A DNA stretch of 64,000 nucleotides. It comes from a virus. Position 1 is the stretch's first letter. Every line of letters starts with the position of its first letter. Location: IMG/VR virus record IMGVR_UViG_3300042935_001795, positions 1 to 64,000 of that record. The stretch is one strand, 5' to 3'. Positions 1-9,807 of this stretch are shown here, piece by piece. The translations under genes and the position numbers were made by a program. The notes under the pieces were generated by a model, which worked only from the letters and a program-made list of their open reading frames with translations, did not search any database and was not told the DNA's origin.

Positions 1-331
1 ACCCTTGGTCTCCTTGGTAACCTTGAAAACCTCGGTTGTAAGATTGGCCATCATTTCCTTGGAATCCTTGAAAACCTTGTCGTCCTTGGGCACCTTGAAA
101 CCCTTGGTCTCCTTGGTAACCTTGAAAACCTCGGTTGTAAGATTGGCCATCATTTCCTTGGAATCCTTGAGCACCTTGGCGTCCTTGAGCACCTTGAAAC
201 CCTTGGTCTCCTTGGTAACCTTGAAAACCTCGGTTGTAAGATTGGCCATCATTTCCTTGGAATCCCTGAAAACCTTGAAAACCTCGAACACCTTGAAAAC
301 CTTGTCGTCCTTGGTTTCCTTGAGGACCTGA
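1..331. repeat. 99-bp tandem repeat encoding collagen-like units (GFQGNDGQSYNRGFQGYQGDQG...)
   Basis: ctcggttgtaagattggccatcatttccttgg recurs at 31, 130 and 229. Confidence 0.9.
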
Positions 332-592
332 AATGCCATCCATTAGGGTCCATCCGGAAATTGTTGTAGCCTGTGCAGGTGTTCCACTTAAGAAATATAT
401 TTTATGAGTAGAAGTTTCTACTAATAACGAATAATTTGTTTTAAGTTTATCAGGAATACCGGCAAATGCGGAGTTTAAGCTAGAATTATCAAAATTAGTC
501 ACAGATCGAATACCACCCCTAGAATCAGCGATATCGGTTATTGAATAACTCGGGTTAAAATGTTGAAGTATATCGTTTAATGTAACTGCCAT
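1..592 (-). CDS. Collagen-like fibre protein, 3' end runs off the window (missed by the ORF track)
   Basis: ATG at 592 translates to MAVTLNDILQHFNPSYSITDIADSRGG...GISGPQGNQGRQGFQG...; the G-X-Q triplet frame stays open to the window edge. Confidence 0.85.
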   Translation of the reverse strand, partial: MAVTLNDILQHFNPSYSITDIADSRGGIRSVTNFDNSSLNSAFAGIPDKLKTNYSLLVETSTHKIYFLSGTPAQATTISGWTLMDGISGPQGNQGRQGFQGVRGFQGFQGFQGNDGQSYNRGFQGYQGDQGFQGAQGRQGAQGFQGNDGQSYNRGFQGYQGDQGFQGAQGRQGFQGFQGNDGQSYNRGFQGYQGDQG

Positions 593-610
593 TCAGTTTT
601 TACTTTTTCT

Positions 611-3583
611 TTATGTTATTGTTATAGTTGTATTATACGCGGCGGACGCATTGGCAATATATACTCTATATATAGCCGATATTCCGGTAATGGTTGTAAT
701 TGTTAAATCAGTTCCTCTTTTTGTAAATGCATCGCTTTGATTAATACTAGAACCTGTAACATTTAGTGTTGATATGTTACCAGCAGTTGCTAGATATGCA
801 AATACTACTCTCCAACCTGCTCCATATCCACCTGAAGTAGTGTCATTAACCGAGAACGCTTGAGAATTTGTACCAAATCTATAATTACCTAAACCTTGTA
901 TTTGTGCAGCTGAAATGGTATCTACGGTTCCTTGAGTTATTGGTGTAAGGGCAGGTCCAATGAATAAATAACCATAATAAAATACATTATCAAATGCTAC
1001 AGTATGGGTTGCACTTGAAGTATCGTTTCCGGTAGCTCTAACAACTTGACTATTAACTACAATTAAACCAGTTTTTAGTTTTGAAAGACCTATTGTATAA
1101 CTAGTTGTTGTTGTTAAATTAGATGCGGTTAGGGTAGTACTAGTCGCATTCGCAACAGGTGGAGTTGGACTAAAAGTATAACTTCCAGTGACTGCAGTCT
1201 GATAACCTTTACCGGTTGTAATAGTAGGAATTGTTGCAGCTCCACTATAATTTACCTTTGCGCCAGTAGGAATAGTAATGCTACTACTAGACCCTGATCC
1301 TGTCATTGTAGAACTTATTGTAGATCCGCTTATGTTAGTGGATGGAAATGGAGTAGTTCCATCGGTTTTATATATACTCCAAGTAGAAGCTATAGTTGGT
1401 TGAACTATTGTTGTTGCATCTAATTGTAGGCTTAACTGTGAACCTTCTAGTGTAAAATCATTGTTATATGATAGAGTTAAAGGATCTCCTGCTAATGTTC
1501 CATCGCCACTTAATGGAGCTGTTTTGTGTATTATAGTTACTCCGCTACCTCCCTGAAATCCTTGGTCTCCCTGAAAGCCTTGCGTACCTTGCGTACCTTG
1601 AAAACCTTGAGTACCTTGTACACCTTGAGTTCCTTGAAAACCTTGAAAACCGTCAACTCCTATAGTTCCATTAGTACCTTGGGATCCTTGAAAACCTTGT
1701 GTACCTTGTACACCTTGAGTTCCTTGAAAACCTTGAAAACCGTCAACTCCTATAGTTCCATTAGTACCTTGGGATCCTTGAAAACCTTGTGTACCCTGTA
1801 CACCTTGAGTTCCTTGAAAACCTTGAAAACCGTCAACTCCTATAGTTCCATTAGTACCTTGGGCTCCTTGAAAACCTTGTACACCTTGAGTTCCTTGAAA
1901 ACCTTGAAAACCGTCAACTCCTATAGTTCCATTAGTACCTTGGGCTCCTTGAGTTCCTTGAAACCCTTGAGGACCTTGCACACCTTGAAAACCTTGGTAA
2001 CCTCGGTCTCCAATGTCTCCTGTTCTTTGGAACGTAATATATGTTAATTGATCAGGGGGTATAGTTCCAGCAACGGGGCTAGAAATAAATGCGATTGGAA
2101 CATCGAAATGGTCTATATGCTCTACATGATTACCTACAATATTAAAAATCGCATAAAGTGATGGGTCAGTATATGATGTTAATTTAAAAGTACCTTTGAT
2201 TTGAGAAGTTGAATCATCAATTGTCTGTAAGAATGATTGAACACTTATAAAGTTGTTATCTACATATGAAATGTACATTTCCGTACCATATTCATTAATC
2301 CTTACGTGACCGGGGTTTAAATTTACAGGATGTGTTGCGTCATTATCATAATAGAATTCGAACGTTGCGCCACCAAAATTTCCTGCTTCACCTTTTAATC
2401 CTTGGTATCCTTGGTCTCCTTGAGTACCTTGAAAACCCTGAGTACCTTGGTCTCCCTGAGTACCTTGAGTACCTTGAAAACCCTGAGTACCTTGAACTCC
2501 TTGAGTACCTTGAACTCCTTGGTCTCCTTGGTCTCCTTGAAAACCTTGAGTTCCCTGGTCTCCTTGAGTTCCCTGGTCTCCTTGGTAACCTCGAGGTCCT
2601 TGGTCTCCTTGGTAACCTTGAGGTCCTTGACGTCCTTGAGGTCCTCTGTCTCCGGTAGGTCCTATAGGTCCTTGAGTTCCAAATAGAGAACTTCCACCCG
2701 GTTGTGAAGTTCCTGGAGGAACCTCTACAACCTCTCCAAAAACTTGTCCGGATGAGATTTGATTAATATCGGTAGAGTTTACAATAGCATCTATAGTAAA
2801 CATTCTATTTCCAGCAAAACGTTCAGTAGAATTTCTACTTCCTCCAAACCCTTTAGTAGAATTTTTATTTGCGCCAAACGGGTCTAATTCATCTGAACCT
2901 CCTTCATTACCTAAATGGAATGAAGGTATAAATGAATTAACTTCAATAGGAAAGGTTATTTTAAATCGGTCTTTGTCGTCATATGTGAATCCAACAGGTT
3001 TTTCAAGAGTATAATCGTCAGGTAAGGCATAATAAGATGCAATTCTATAATTACCCTCCTCTAAATGTCCAACTTCAACATTAAAATAGTTGGATTTGTA
3101 CATTCTTTTGATTATTGCTTCAGTAATTTTAAAAGAATCAAGCGTTGAAGATACTAATATTTCAACATCAAAACTAATAGTTATTGGAATCATGTCAAAT
3201 TCAGCAACATAGGATTCAATAATTCCTTCAGAGTTCATTTTAGTGTACTGACCTGTAGTTCTTTTATTGACTAGTTTTCCAGAATCAATAGCAAGTCCCG
3301 AAAAGTTTACAATTCCTCTTGGTATAGCGTCGTAGTTTGTATCGGCGTGTTCTTTGTCAGGTGTACAATTCGGTCCGGATGGTGTTGAAAATAAGAAATT
3401 GTCTCTAAGGAATTGGTCATCCCCTGTTATTGAGTAGTAAAATGGAACATCCACTACTACTCTTTCGTCATTGGTTATTTGTCGATGAAAATATAATTTA
3501 TTATTCAAATCGGCTAAAAAACCTATAATGATGTGTCTAACTACACTATCATCAGAATTAAATTTTTGATTGTAACTTGCCAT
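611..3583 (-). CDS. T4 gp15-like tail terminator/sheath stabilizer domain fused to collagen-like G-X-Q repeats and a Thr/Ser-rich C-terminal domain
   Basis: The N-terminal ~220 aa resemble gp15 (VVRHIIIGF..., VPFYYS, IPRGIV, IPITISFDVEI); two collagen blocks follow; late-type promoter at 3588-3595. Confidence 0.65.
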   Translation of the reverse strand: MASYNQKFNSDDSVVRHIIIGFLADLNNKLYFHRQITNDERVVVDVPFYYSITGDDQFLRDNFLFSTPSGPNCTPDKEHADTNYDAIPRGIVNFSGLAIDSGKLVNKRTTGQYTKMNSEGIIESYVAEFDMIPITISFDVEILVSSTLDSFKITEAIIKRMYKSNYFNVEVGHLEEGNYRIASYYALPDDYTLEKPVGFTYDDKDRFKITFPIEVNSFIPSFHLGNEGGSDELDPFGANKNSTKGFGGSRNSTERFAGNRMFTIDAIVNSTDINQISSGQVFGEVVEVPPGTSQPGGSSLFGTQGPIGPTGDRGPQGRQGPQGYQGDQGPRGYQGDQGTQGDQGTQGFQGDQGDQGVQGTQGVQGTQGFQGTQGTQGDQGTQGFQGTQGDQGYQGLKGEAGNFGGATFEFYYDNDATHPVNLNPGHVRINEYGTEMYISYVDNNFISVQSFLQTIDDSTSQIKGTFKLTSYTDPSLYAIFNIVGNHVEHIDHFDVPIAFISSPVAGTIPPDQLTYITFQRTGDIGDRGYQGFQGVQGPQGFQGTQGAQGTNGTIGVDGFQGFQGTQGVQGFQGAQGTNGTIGVDGFQGFQGTQGVQGTQGFQGSQGTNGTIGVDGFQGFQGTQGVQGTQGFQGSQGTNGTIGVDGFQGFQGTQGVQGTQGFQGTQGTQGFQGDQGFQGGSGVTIIHKTAPLSGDGTLAGDPLTLSYNNDFTLEGSQLSLQLDATTIVQPTIASTWSIYKTDGTTPFPSTNISGSTISSTMTGSGSSSSITIPTGAKVNYSGAATIPTITTGKGYQTAVTGSYTFSPTPPVANATSTTLTASNLTTTTSYTIGLSKLKTGLIVVNSQVVRATGNDTSSATHTVAFDNVFYYGYLFIGPALTPITQGTVDTISAAQIQGLGNYRFGTNSQAFSVNDTTSGGYGAGWRVVFAYLATAGNISTLNVTGSSINQSDAFTKRGTDLTITTITGISAIYRVYIANASAAYNTTITIT
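1550..2010. repeat. 90/81-bp tandem repeat (GTNGTIGVDGFQGFQGTQGVQ...)
   Basis: cgtcaactcctatagttccattagtacc occurs at 1651, 1741, 1831 and 1912. Confidence 0.9.
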
Positions 3584-3587
3584 GGAT

Positions 3588-3595
3588 TATATATC
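3588..3595 (-). promoter_or_regulatory. Putative late promoter GATATATA; exact copies also at 15045, 26032, 29587, 35245, 41569, 45978 and 61348
   Basis: The identical octamer recurs just upstream of virion genes, ssb and the ncRNA units; analogous to the T4 late TATAAATA box. Confidence 0.7.
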
Positions 3596-5269
3596 CTATT
3601 CTATTAGTTCAATATCAAACTTGGAGAATCCATTTTCTCTGTAGATTTGAATCTTTTTGTCAAAGATTTCATGAGGTAGTGGAGTATGATTAATCACAAA
3701 GCAATTGATTTTACTCTCCTTAATTACGCCACTCAAGATTTTTAGGATATTGTGGATTCCATCTTGATCGACAGAACTTAACAGCTCATCTAAGAATAGT
3801 AGATTTAATTGTGGGAATCTTAACTTTAAGATTTTAATAATTGCAATGATAATTATAAAATCTGCTTTCTTTCGTTCGCCTGTTGAAAGGGTCATTGGAT
3901 TTATTTCCTCTCCTAAGTGATTGATAATACAATTGAATTTCTCATCAAACCTGAGATGGAAGTGAAGGTGCATTGTCTGGGTCATAGCTGCAATATTTGC
4001 ATTCAATCCGGGTAATATAGTCTTGATTGCAAGATTTTTAACTCCATCCTCTCCAAGAACCTCTTCAACCATTTCTAAAAAATTATAGTCGATTGTTTTA
4101 GTATCTTTAAGATTTCCTTTCTCCAGCTCTTGTGCTTCAAAGTCAGAGATAATTTGTTCCATGTGAGAAAAATCAGTTGTACCTTTGATTGATGCTGCAA
4201 TTGATAAAAGCTCTGTTTTAAAATTTGCAATGTTAATATTTAAGGAAGATACTTTGTCTCGGACTGCACTATCTTTATCTCTAAGATCGCTAATTTGGGT
4301 TTTAATAGTTGACACTTCTTGTGTAACTTCATGAAGTTGACTTGGAATATCTTTTAGTTCAGATTCAAGTTCATCTTTTCTAGAGTTATGGAATTCTCCG
4401 GTAAGCTCATGTTCGCAAGTTGGACATGAATTATTTTCATACAACTCTAATTTCTTTTTAAGTTCTGCTATTTTAAACTTTAATTCAGTTTCGGTCGACT
4501 GATTTGTTTGAAGGTCTAGATTTAAACCTTTAATACTTGCACTAATTTTACCTTGAGCCTCTTCAAGTTTCTTTTTATTCTCATCATATTTAACAAGAGA
4601 ATCTTTAAGATGTTGAATTTTCTTTTTGTCCTTTTCTTGGCTTTCAACCATCAATTGGTCCAATTTAATTTGAACTTGTTTTATATTCTCATTTATTTGG
4701 CCTAACTCTCTACCAAATGCATCAATATCACTTTTAAGAGTTCTTCTCTCCTCTTTAAGCGCATTTTGCATTTCATTTAAGATAGAGAACCCAAACATTT
4801 TATCAATAATTTGTCGTTTGTCGCTATTACTCATTGTTAAAAAAGACTTAAAGTCATTAACCGAGAGAATAATGATATTTTTAAATACATGATATGGTAT
4901 GCCAAAGATTTCCTCTTCAAGATATTCTTGTACTGAACGTTTTCCTGCCTTGTCAAATTCAATTCCATTAAGGAGTACTTTAAAAATTCCAGGAGTCAGA
5001 CCACGCTCAATAACAACCTCAATACTTTTGCATTGAAGAGTTATTCGGACCCAAAGTTCTTTATTAATTCGGTTTGGAAGGTCGGACAGTTTAACTCCTT
5101 CGACTTTCCCATAAAGTGCAAAAACTATCGCGTTAGCAATAGTTGTTTTGCCTTCACCATTTTTACCTAGCGTTAAAAATAGCTCAGATTTATCATCTTC
5201 GAATTTTATTGTTTGAACTTGATTACCATAGGATGCAAAGTTTTTTAGTTCAATACTTTGTATTTTCAT
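3596..5269 (-). CDS. gp46: Recombination endonuclease ATPase subunit (Rad50/SbcC-like, T4 gp46)
   Basis: Walker A GKNGEGKTT, CPTC zinc hook, LSTGE signature, LFLDE Walker B, long coiled coil. Confidence 0.95.
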   Translation of the reverse strand: MKIQSIELKNFASYGNQVQTIKFEDDKSELFLTLGKNGEGKTTIANAIVFALYGKVEGVKLSDLPNRINKELWVRITLQCKSIEVVIERGLTPGIFKVLLNGIEFDKAGKRSVQEYLEEEIFGIPYHVFKNIIILSVNDFKSFLTMSNSDKRQIIDKMFGFSILNEMQNALKEERRTLKSDIDAFGRELGQINENIKQVQIKLDQLMVESQEKDKKKIQHLKDSLVKYDENKKKLEEAQGKISASIKGLNLDLQTNQSTETELKFKIAELKKKLELYENNSCPTCEHELTGEFHNSRKDELESELKDIPSQLHEVTQEVSTIKTQISDLRDKDSAVRDKVSSLNINIANFKTELLSIAASIKGTTDFSHMEQIISDFEAQELEKGNLKDTKTIDYNFLEMVEEVLGEDGVKNLAIKTILPGLNANIAAMTQTMHLHFHLRFDEKFNCIINHLGEEINPMTLSTGERKKADFIIIIAIIKILKLRFPQLNLLFLDELLSSVDQDGIHNILKILSGVIKESKINCFVINHTPLPHEIFDKKIQIYRENGFSKFDIELIE

Positions 5270-5271
5270 AT

Positions 5272-6384
5272 TTAATCCATTTGATTATTATATGCGTAAA
5301 AATCATGAAGTTTCTTTAAACGATCTTTGATTTGCGTTTTAACATCTTCAGCATGTTGGGTATTATCAACATAGATATTACAAAGATGTAGGATATTATA
5401 GTTTTTGTACAGGTCTTCAATTTGGTCCATGTCGTATGAATCCTCGTCTAAGAATGTGTCTTGCTCGTAGATATTGGGGTCAATTTTTCTACTTATTGTT
5501 TGTACTTTATTAATTAGTCTTGAAAGAGCCGATGTCGTTGCAATATTTGATGGAACATATAGGTCTACAAAATTGTTTCTAATCGCATCTTTAAATTCTC
5601 CAAGAGGTGTATTGTAAAGATTGGTTAGATTAAATTTAACAAACTTTGGTGATATTGTATTTTCAAAGAAGGTCTCCTGCATGTCTTCTAAATTAACCAA
5701 GTCAAATCCTTTAGTATTGTCCATATCAGATCGGGTTAATTCATAAGGTGTACCAACCATTCTCAGTTGGCCGCGTCTCTGTCTATAATGAATATGTCCT
5801 GAATAAACTGCAGTAAATCGGTCATAAGTAGTTGAATCTGTACCGTGGTGATTATCAACCTTCTTATTTAATTTAATACCTCGAACTTCTGAATGGCAAA
5901 ATACAATTTCAGCATTTGGGAATAAATCTAAAGTTTCTACTTCATGTTCTACATCCCGTCTCCATGGCATTAATAAGATTTCTCGTCCACCCCAATTGAA
6001 TGTTTGGGGTTCTTTGTAGATACTTACATTTGGAATCCATTTAAGTGCATCAATAGAACTTACATCATTACTTTTCTTTGCCCATATATCATGGTTTCCG
6101 CAGATTACATGGGTTGGCAAGATATTTCCAAGCCTTTCAAAAAGGTCAATAGCGTAATGTAGCACTCTAATGTTTACACTTTGTCTATTATCGAAAGCAT
6201 CTCCAACTTGAACCAGTATATCTCCCTCTTCGTAATTTTCTAATAGGGTCGGAATAAATTGGTTGTCATAAAAATCTTTTTGCATCTCTAACCATTCCAA
6301 AGAACTCGATCGGACTCCTAGGTGCATATCACCTAGAATCCAAATTCTTTTAACTGGCTTGTTTAAATTTGCTTGTTGAATCAT
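5272..6384 (-). CDS. gp47: Recombination nuclease subunit (Mre11/SbcD-like, T4 gp47)
   Basis: Metallophosphoesterase motifs GDMH, GD, GNHD, SGHIH; adjacent to gp46. Confidence 0.95.
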   Translation of the reverse strand: MIQQANLNKPVKRIWILGDMHLGVRSSSLEWLEMQKDFYDNQFIPTLLENYEEGDILVQVGDAFDNRQSVNIRVLHYAIDLFERLGNILPTHVICGNHDIWAKKSNDVSSIDALKWIPNVSIYKEPQTFNWGGREILLMPWRRDVEHEVETLDLFPNAEIVFCHSEVRGIKLNKKVDNHHGTDSTTYDRFTAVYSGHIHYRQRRGQLRMVGTPYELTRSDMDNTKGFDLVNLEDMQETFFENTISPKFVKFNLTNLYNTPLGEFKDAIRNNFVDLYVPSNIATTSALSRLINKVQTISRKIDPNIYEQDTFLDEDSYDMDQIEDLYKNYNILHLCNIYVDNTQHAEDVKTQIKDRLKKLHDFYAYNNQMD

Positions 6385-6386
6385 AG

Positions 6387-6830
6387 TTAGAATAATCTAT
6401 TTATATGCTTTTTCTTAAGTACGTTTGTCTTCTTGTCTAATACCTCGATTAGCTCTTCTTTAAATTTATTTCCTAGTGACTGGTAGAATTTGGTTGGATT
6501 AACATTAAAGTAATCACATAATTCTGAAAATACTTCAATAATTGAATGATTTGGTCGGAGCTCGTCTGAAATAAATTCATAGATTTCGTTAATTTCATTC
6601 TTTTTTAATTTAACAGTCTCGTTAAATTCATTAATGTTATTAAAGTGTTTGAAACGTGAGGATTCAATTAGCTCATGAATCTTTGTGATTATGATTTGTG
6701 TTTCAATTTTGTCCTCTTCGTCTCGATTGTCTAAATAACTTGGAGCAATTTCAAAAGAAAATGAACTGTCTAATTCATATTCACTCTCAGTAAATGTATT
6801 GTCGAATATCTTGTCTCTTTGTGTTCTCAT
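6387..6830 (-). CDS. Hypothetical protein, possibly a gp33-like late transcription coactivator
   Basis: The C-terminal SIIEVFSELCDYFNVNPTKFYQSLGNKFKEELIE pattern resembles T4-family gp33; weak. Confidence 0.4.
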   Translation of the reverse strand: MRTQRDKIFDNTFTESEYELDSSFSFEIAPSYLDNRDEEDKIETQIIITKIHELIESSRFKHFNNINEFNETVKLKKNEINEIYEFISDELRPNHSIIEVFSELCDYFNVNPTKFYQSLGNKFKEELIEVLDKKTNVLKKKHINRLF

Positions 6831-6832
6831 GT

Positions 6833-8146
6833 TTATAAGTTGTGTATGTTTGAATTTGTAACGTCATCAGTTTCAGTAAGTCTCATGTATTGATAGTTAA
6901 TATCTAGTCGGCATTTAACACCTTTACCTTCACCATCTCTAATTTTTAGTACTTTAAGCCAATATTCAAATGATGCTCGCATAATATCATCTTGAATAAT
7001 TCCAAGCATTAAATCTGCGGTATGTGAAAGTCCTGCAGATTCTGCAACATCTCCCATTCCAATATCACTTGAATTATAATTATTTCGGTTAATCTGCGTT
7101 GCAGTAACTATCAACCAATTATTTCTTACTCCCATTGCACGTAAATCTTCAGCAATTTGCTTGATTTTAAGGTACATATTTTCAGAGTTTGGATTTCTAT
7201 AGTTTGCCAGGATATTAATGTAGTCAATAACAATAGCTCCTAGTTTTATTTTACGTTCCTCTTCGATTTGTTTTAAATAGGCTTCAATATCTGGTACAGT
7301 GGCTTGAGAAGTTGGAAATTGTTTTACAAAAAGATTTCCAGGTGGCGTTAAACCATCACCTACATTTTCAAGTTTTCTTTTAATCAAGTCTTTATTTTGG
7401 GCTTTTGCATCATATTCGTTCATTGGAATTGTAAGTAGGTTTGCTCCAATTCTTTTAAGAACTTTATGAGCTGCCATTTCTGCTGAAACAAATGCAGTGT
7501 TAACTCCCATCTTAACAAAATTTGCAGCGTCATTCGCTAAGAAAATAGACTTACCGATGTTTTGTTCTCCAACATAAACTATTAATGAACCATCTTTGTC
7601 ATAACCGCCAGAAAGTAACCTGTCTAAAAAGTTATATCCTGTAGAAAATTTAGCTCGACCTTCTTGATGGTGATCGCCTGCATTAAAGAAATCTAATCCA
7701 ATATCTGAGTTAAATACAATTGAATTTCGGTCATTGATTAAACTTTTAACTTTTGAGATTATAGAATCTGCATTCTCTGGAGTTACTTCAGTTGTTTTAA
7801 TATACTCGATCGTATCTATTAGGGTAGTATCGAACGTTCTCCATTTAATCCAGGCTTCAGCGGTAGAAACTAACCATTCCTCATCATATTGAGATAGGTC
7901 AGTTTTATAAACCAACTCAATAATATTTTCATCGACCTTTCCTTTAAACTTAGGACTTTGAGAAAGGATTTTCATCTGATCTGCCTTTGGAGCTTCATGG
8001 AATTTCTCATAGAATTTTGTTGCAAGAAAATGCATTGTGTCTATTTCATCTGAAGTATAAAAGCCTTTATGTATTTTTTCTAAGTACTTTGGTTTTGCCA
8101 AAGATAACTTAAAGAATATTTTTTCAAAATCTTGTCCGAATTTCAT
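6833..8146 (-). CDS. gp41: Replicative DnaB-like helicase (T4 gp41)
   Basis: GEQNIGKS Walker A, SAEM, IVIDYINI, TATQINR, ESAGLSHTAD. Confidence 0.95.
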   Translation of the reverse strand: MKFGQDFEKIFFKLSLAKPKYLEKIHKGFYTSDEIDTMHFLATKFYEKFHEAPKADQMKILSQSPKFKGKVDENIIELVYKTDLSQYDEEWLVSTAEAWIKWRTFDTTLIDTIEYIKTTEVTPENADSIISKVKSLINDRNSIVFNSDIGLDFFNAGDHHQEGRAKFSTGYNFLDRLLSGGYDKDGSLIVYVGEQNIGKSIFLANDAANFVKMGVNTAFVSAEMAAHKVLKRIGANLLTIPMNEYDAKAQNKDLIKRKLENVGDGLTPPGNLFVKQFPTSQATVPDIEAYLKQIEEERKIKLGAIVIDYINILANYRNPNSENMYLKIKQIAEDLRAMGVRNNWLIVTATQINRNNYNSSDIGMGDVAESAGLSHTADLMLGIIQDDIMRASFEYWLKVLKIRDGEGKGVKCRLDINYQYMRLTETDDVTNSNIHNL

Positions 8147-8158
8147 ATATTTTTTTAG

Positions 8159-8186
8159 ATTATAAGCCCTTTTGGGGTAAAGTTTC
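8159..8186 (-). promoter_or_regulatory. GAAAC-N17-TATAA promoter class; copies at 11788-11815, 23635-23662, 28106-28133, 28394-28421, 45934-45961 and variants at 25598-25625 and 44877-44904
   Basis: Exact 17-nt spacing counted in each copy; most lie upstream of replication or metabolism genes. Confidence 0.75.
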
Positions 8187-8498
8187 TTATTGGAACGGGT
8201 TAATTAATATTTTATATGCCTCTTTTCCCTCTTCAAAATTTGTTTGTTCAATTAAACCAAGCCCAATTGCTTGTTGTAAACCTTTCTCTGCGTTTTCAAT
8301 ATTACCGCATGCGTGATATGTCATCAATGAGTGTTTGGTAAAATTGTTTCGAGGACGGTCTGGTTTTTTCATAGTTTCGACAACATAAACATGTATAATA
8401 TCAAAGGCATCCGGAAAACTTTCTAGTTGTTCATGGATGCCTAAAATATATTTTATGGGTAGTTTGTCTTCATCTAGTCGATTAAGATTTACTTCCAT
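8187..8498 (-). CDS. Hypothetical protein (possible winged helix)
   Basis: 103-aa ORF tightly packed between uvsX and the helicase. Confidence 0.6.
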   Translation of the reverse strand: MEVNLNRLDEDKLPIKYILGIHEQLESFPDAFDIIHVYVVETMKKPDRPRNNFTKHSLMTYHACGNIENAEKGLQQAIGLGLIEQTNFEEGKEAYKILINPFQ

Positions 8499-8499
8499 A

Positions 8500-9627
8500 T
8501 TATTCGGTATCTTCAGCTGTTAGGTCCTCATTTAAAAGGTCTCCAATTTCATTATTAAGAGTTTCTGCCGAAGTATTGTAATTAAAAATTGGTTTAATGT
8601 GAGCGTTAATTTGCTCAAGTACCTCTCTTGTAAATACCTTCTCAGTAAAGAATTCTGCGTTAGTAACAGTCTCATCTGAGTGCTTACAAATCCATCCTCT
8701 TGCTGTTGATTTAGGTATTTTAACACCTTTCTCGATAGAACCTCTAGTGATTCCACAAATATCCCATGTCGCATATTGTTCTAATCCAACATAAGGATTC
8801 ATACCTTTAGTAAAGTCAAGGTGGAATTTAATTGGGTGTGGTTTTGCAAAACGATTCTTGTCAGGCTTAGCGGTTACAACGATACCAACCTTCTTGTCAC
8901 CATCTTTTAATTGTGCCTTATTTAACATAAGAACTATTGAAGCGGCATACTCTGGTCCTGTACCACCTCCGGCAACTTGACGTGATATAAAGTCTTGTGT
9001 TTGGTATGTGTGGTTTGTAAATAAGAAAGGAATTTTTAGGTCAGCCAATGGAGTCATGATAATTCTAAAGATTGACTTTAACATTTTAGAACGCGTCATA
9101 TCTGCCTTCTCGCTTCCAGTTGCAGCATCATCAATTTCTTTTTGTGTTGCAAGGTTACCGGCGCTATCCAAGATAATCATAATCTTTTGAATCTCTCCTC
9201 CCTTTCTTTTAACCTCTTGCATTTTTTGAGTAATTGAAGTTACTGAAGTTCTAAATGCCTGAACTGTATTTACAGGCTGGTAGTTTACTTTAGTTACATC
9301 AATACCAAATTTTACCATCTGGTCCTTGTCAACTGCAGCCTCTGAATCATAATAGATTACGTAGTAACCCATATTGATTGCCTCTCTAACTGAGTTCAGT
9401 GTCAAGAAAGTTTTACCTGTTCCTGATGGTCCAGCAATCGAGCAAGACCTGTTGTTTGGCCAGCCTCCGAATAAATCTCCAGAAAGACATGCATTTAAGT
9501 GATAGTTTCCGGTATGAATCCATTCAGTAACTTCAGAAAAGTCTGATTTATCCATAACAGAACCTAATGGGTTTAATCCCGCAAGTTCTGCGTTTAAATC
9601 GTCAAATGTAAATCTATTTTTTGCCAT
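8500..9627 (-). CDS. uvsX: RecA-like recombinase UvsX (likely start MAKNRF at 9627)
   Basis: GPSGTGKT Walker A, YYDSE, ILDS, TNHTY, GGG motif, KNRF. Confidence 0.93.
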   Translation of the reverse strand: MAKNRFTFDDLNAELAGLNPLGSVMDKSDFSEVTEWIHTGNYHLNACLSGDLFGGWPNNRSCSIAGPSGTGKTFLTLNSVREAINMGYYVIYYDSEAAVDKDQMVKFGIDVTKVNYQPVNTVQAFRTSVTSITQKMQEVKRKGGEIQKIMIILDSAGNLATQKEIDDAATGSEKADMTRSKMLKSIFRIIMTPLADLKIPFLFTNHTYQTQDFISRQVAGGGTGPEYAASIVLMLNKAQLKDGDKKVGIVVTAKPDKNRFAKPHPIKFHLDFTKGMNPYVGLEQYATWDICGITRGSIEKGVKIPKSTARGWICKHSDETVTNAEFFTEKVFTREVLEQINAHIKPIFNYNTSAETLNNEIGDLLNEDLTAEDTE

Positions 9628-9805
9628 TTTTGTATTGTTTTGTTTCTTTTTTTCGGAGGTCTTCAAGTTCCTCTATTAGTCCTTTAGTTTCCTTTTGTAT
9701 TATTGCCATTTGCGACATAAGAGATTCTAGTCTACTATTAATTCTCTTGTACTGATTGACATATTCTTTTTGGTCTGACGTTAAGTCATCGATATCTATA
9801 TCCAT
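9614..9805 (-). CDS. Small coiled-coil hypothetical protein
   Basis: 63-aa ORF in operon context between the polymerase and uvsX genes. Confidence 0.6.
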   Translation of the reverse strand: MDIDIDDLTSDQKEYVNQYKRINSRLESLMSQMAIIQKETKGLIEELEDLRKKETKQYKNGKK

Positions 9806-9807
9806 AT

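Noticed and set aside
1-2650. Tandem repeats as a possible CRISPR array
   Set aside because: The repeats are in-frame coding units with periods divisible by 3, have no unique spacers, and no cas genes are present.
5-2686. Plus-strand ORFs 5..331, 1526..2047, 2332..2658 and 2402..2686 with repetitive Leu/Ser/Thr content
   Set aside because: They are antisense shadows of the collagen codon repeats on the minus strand.
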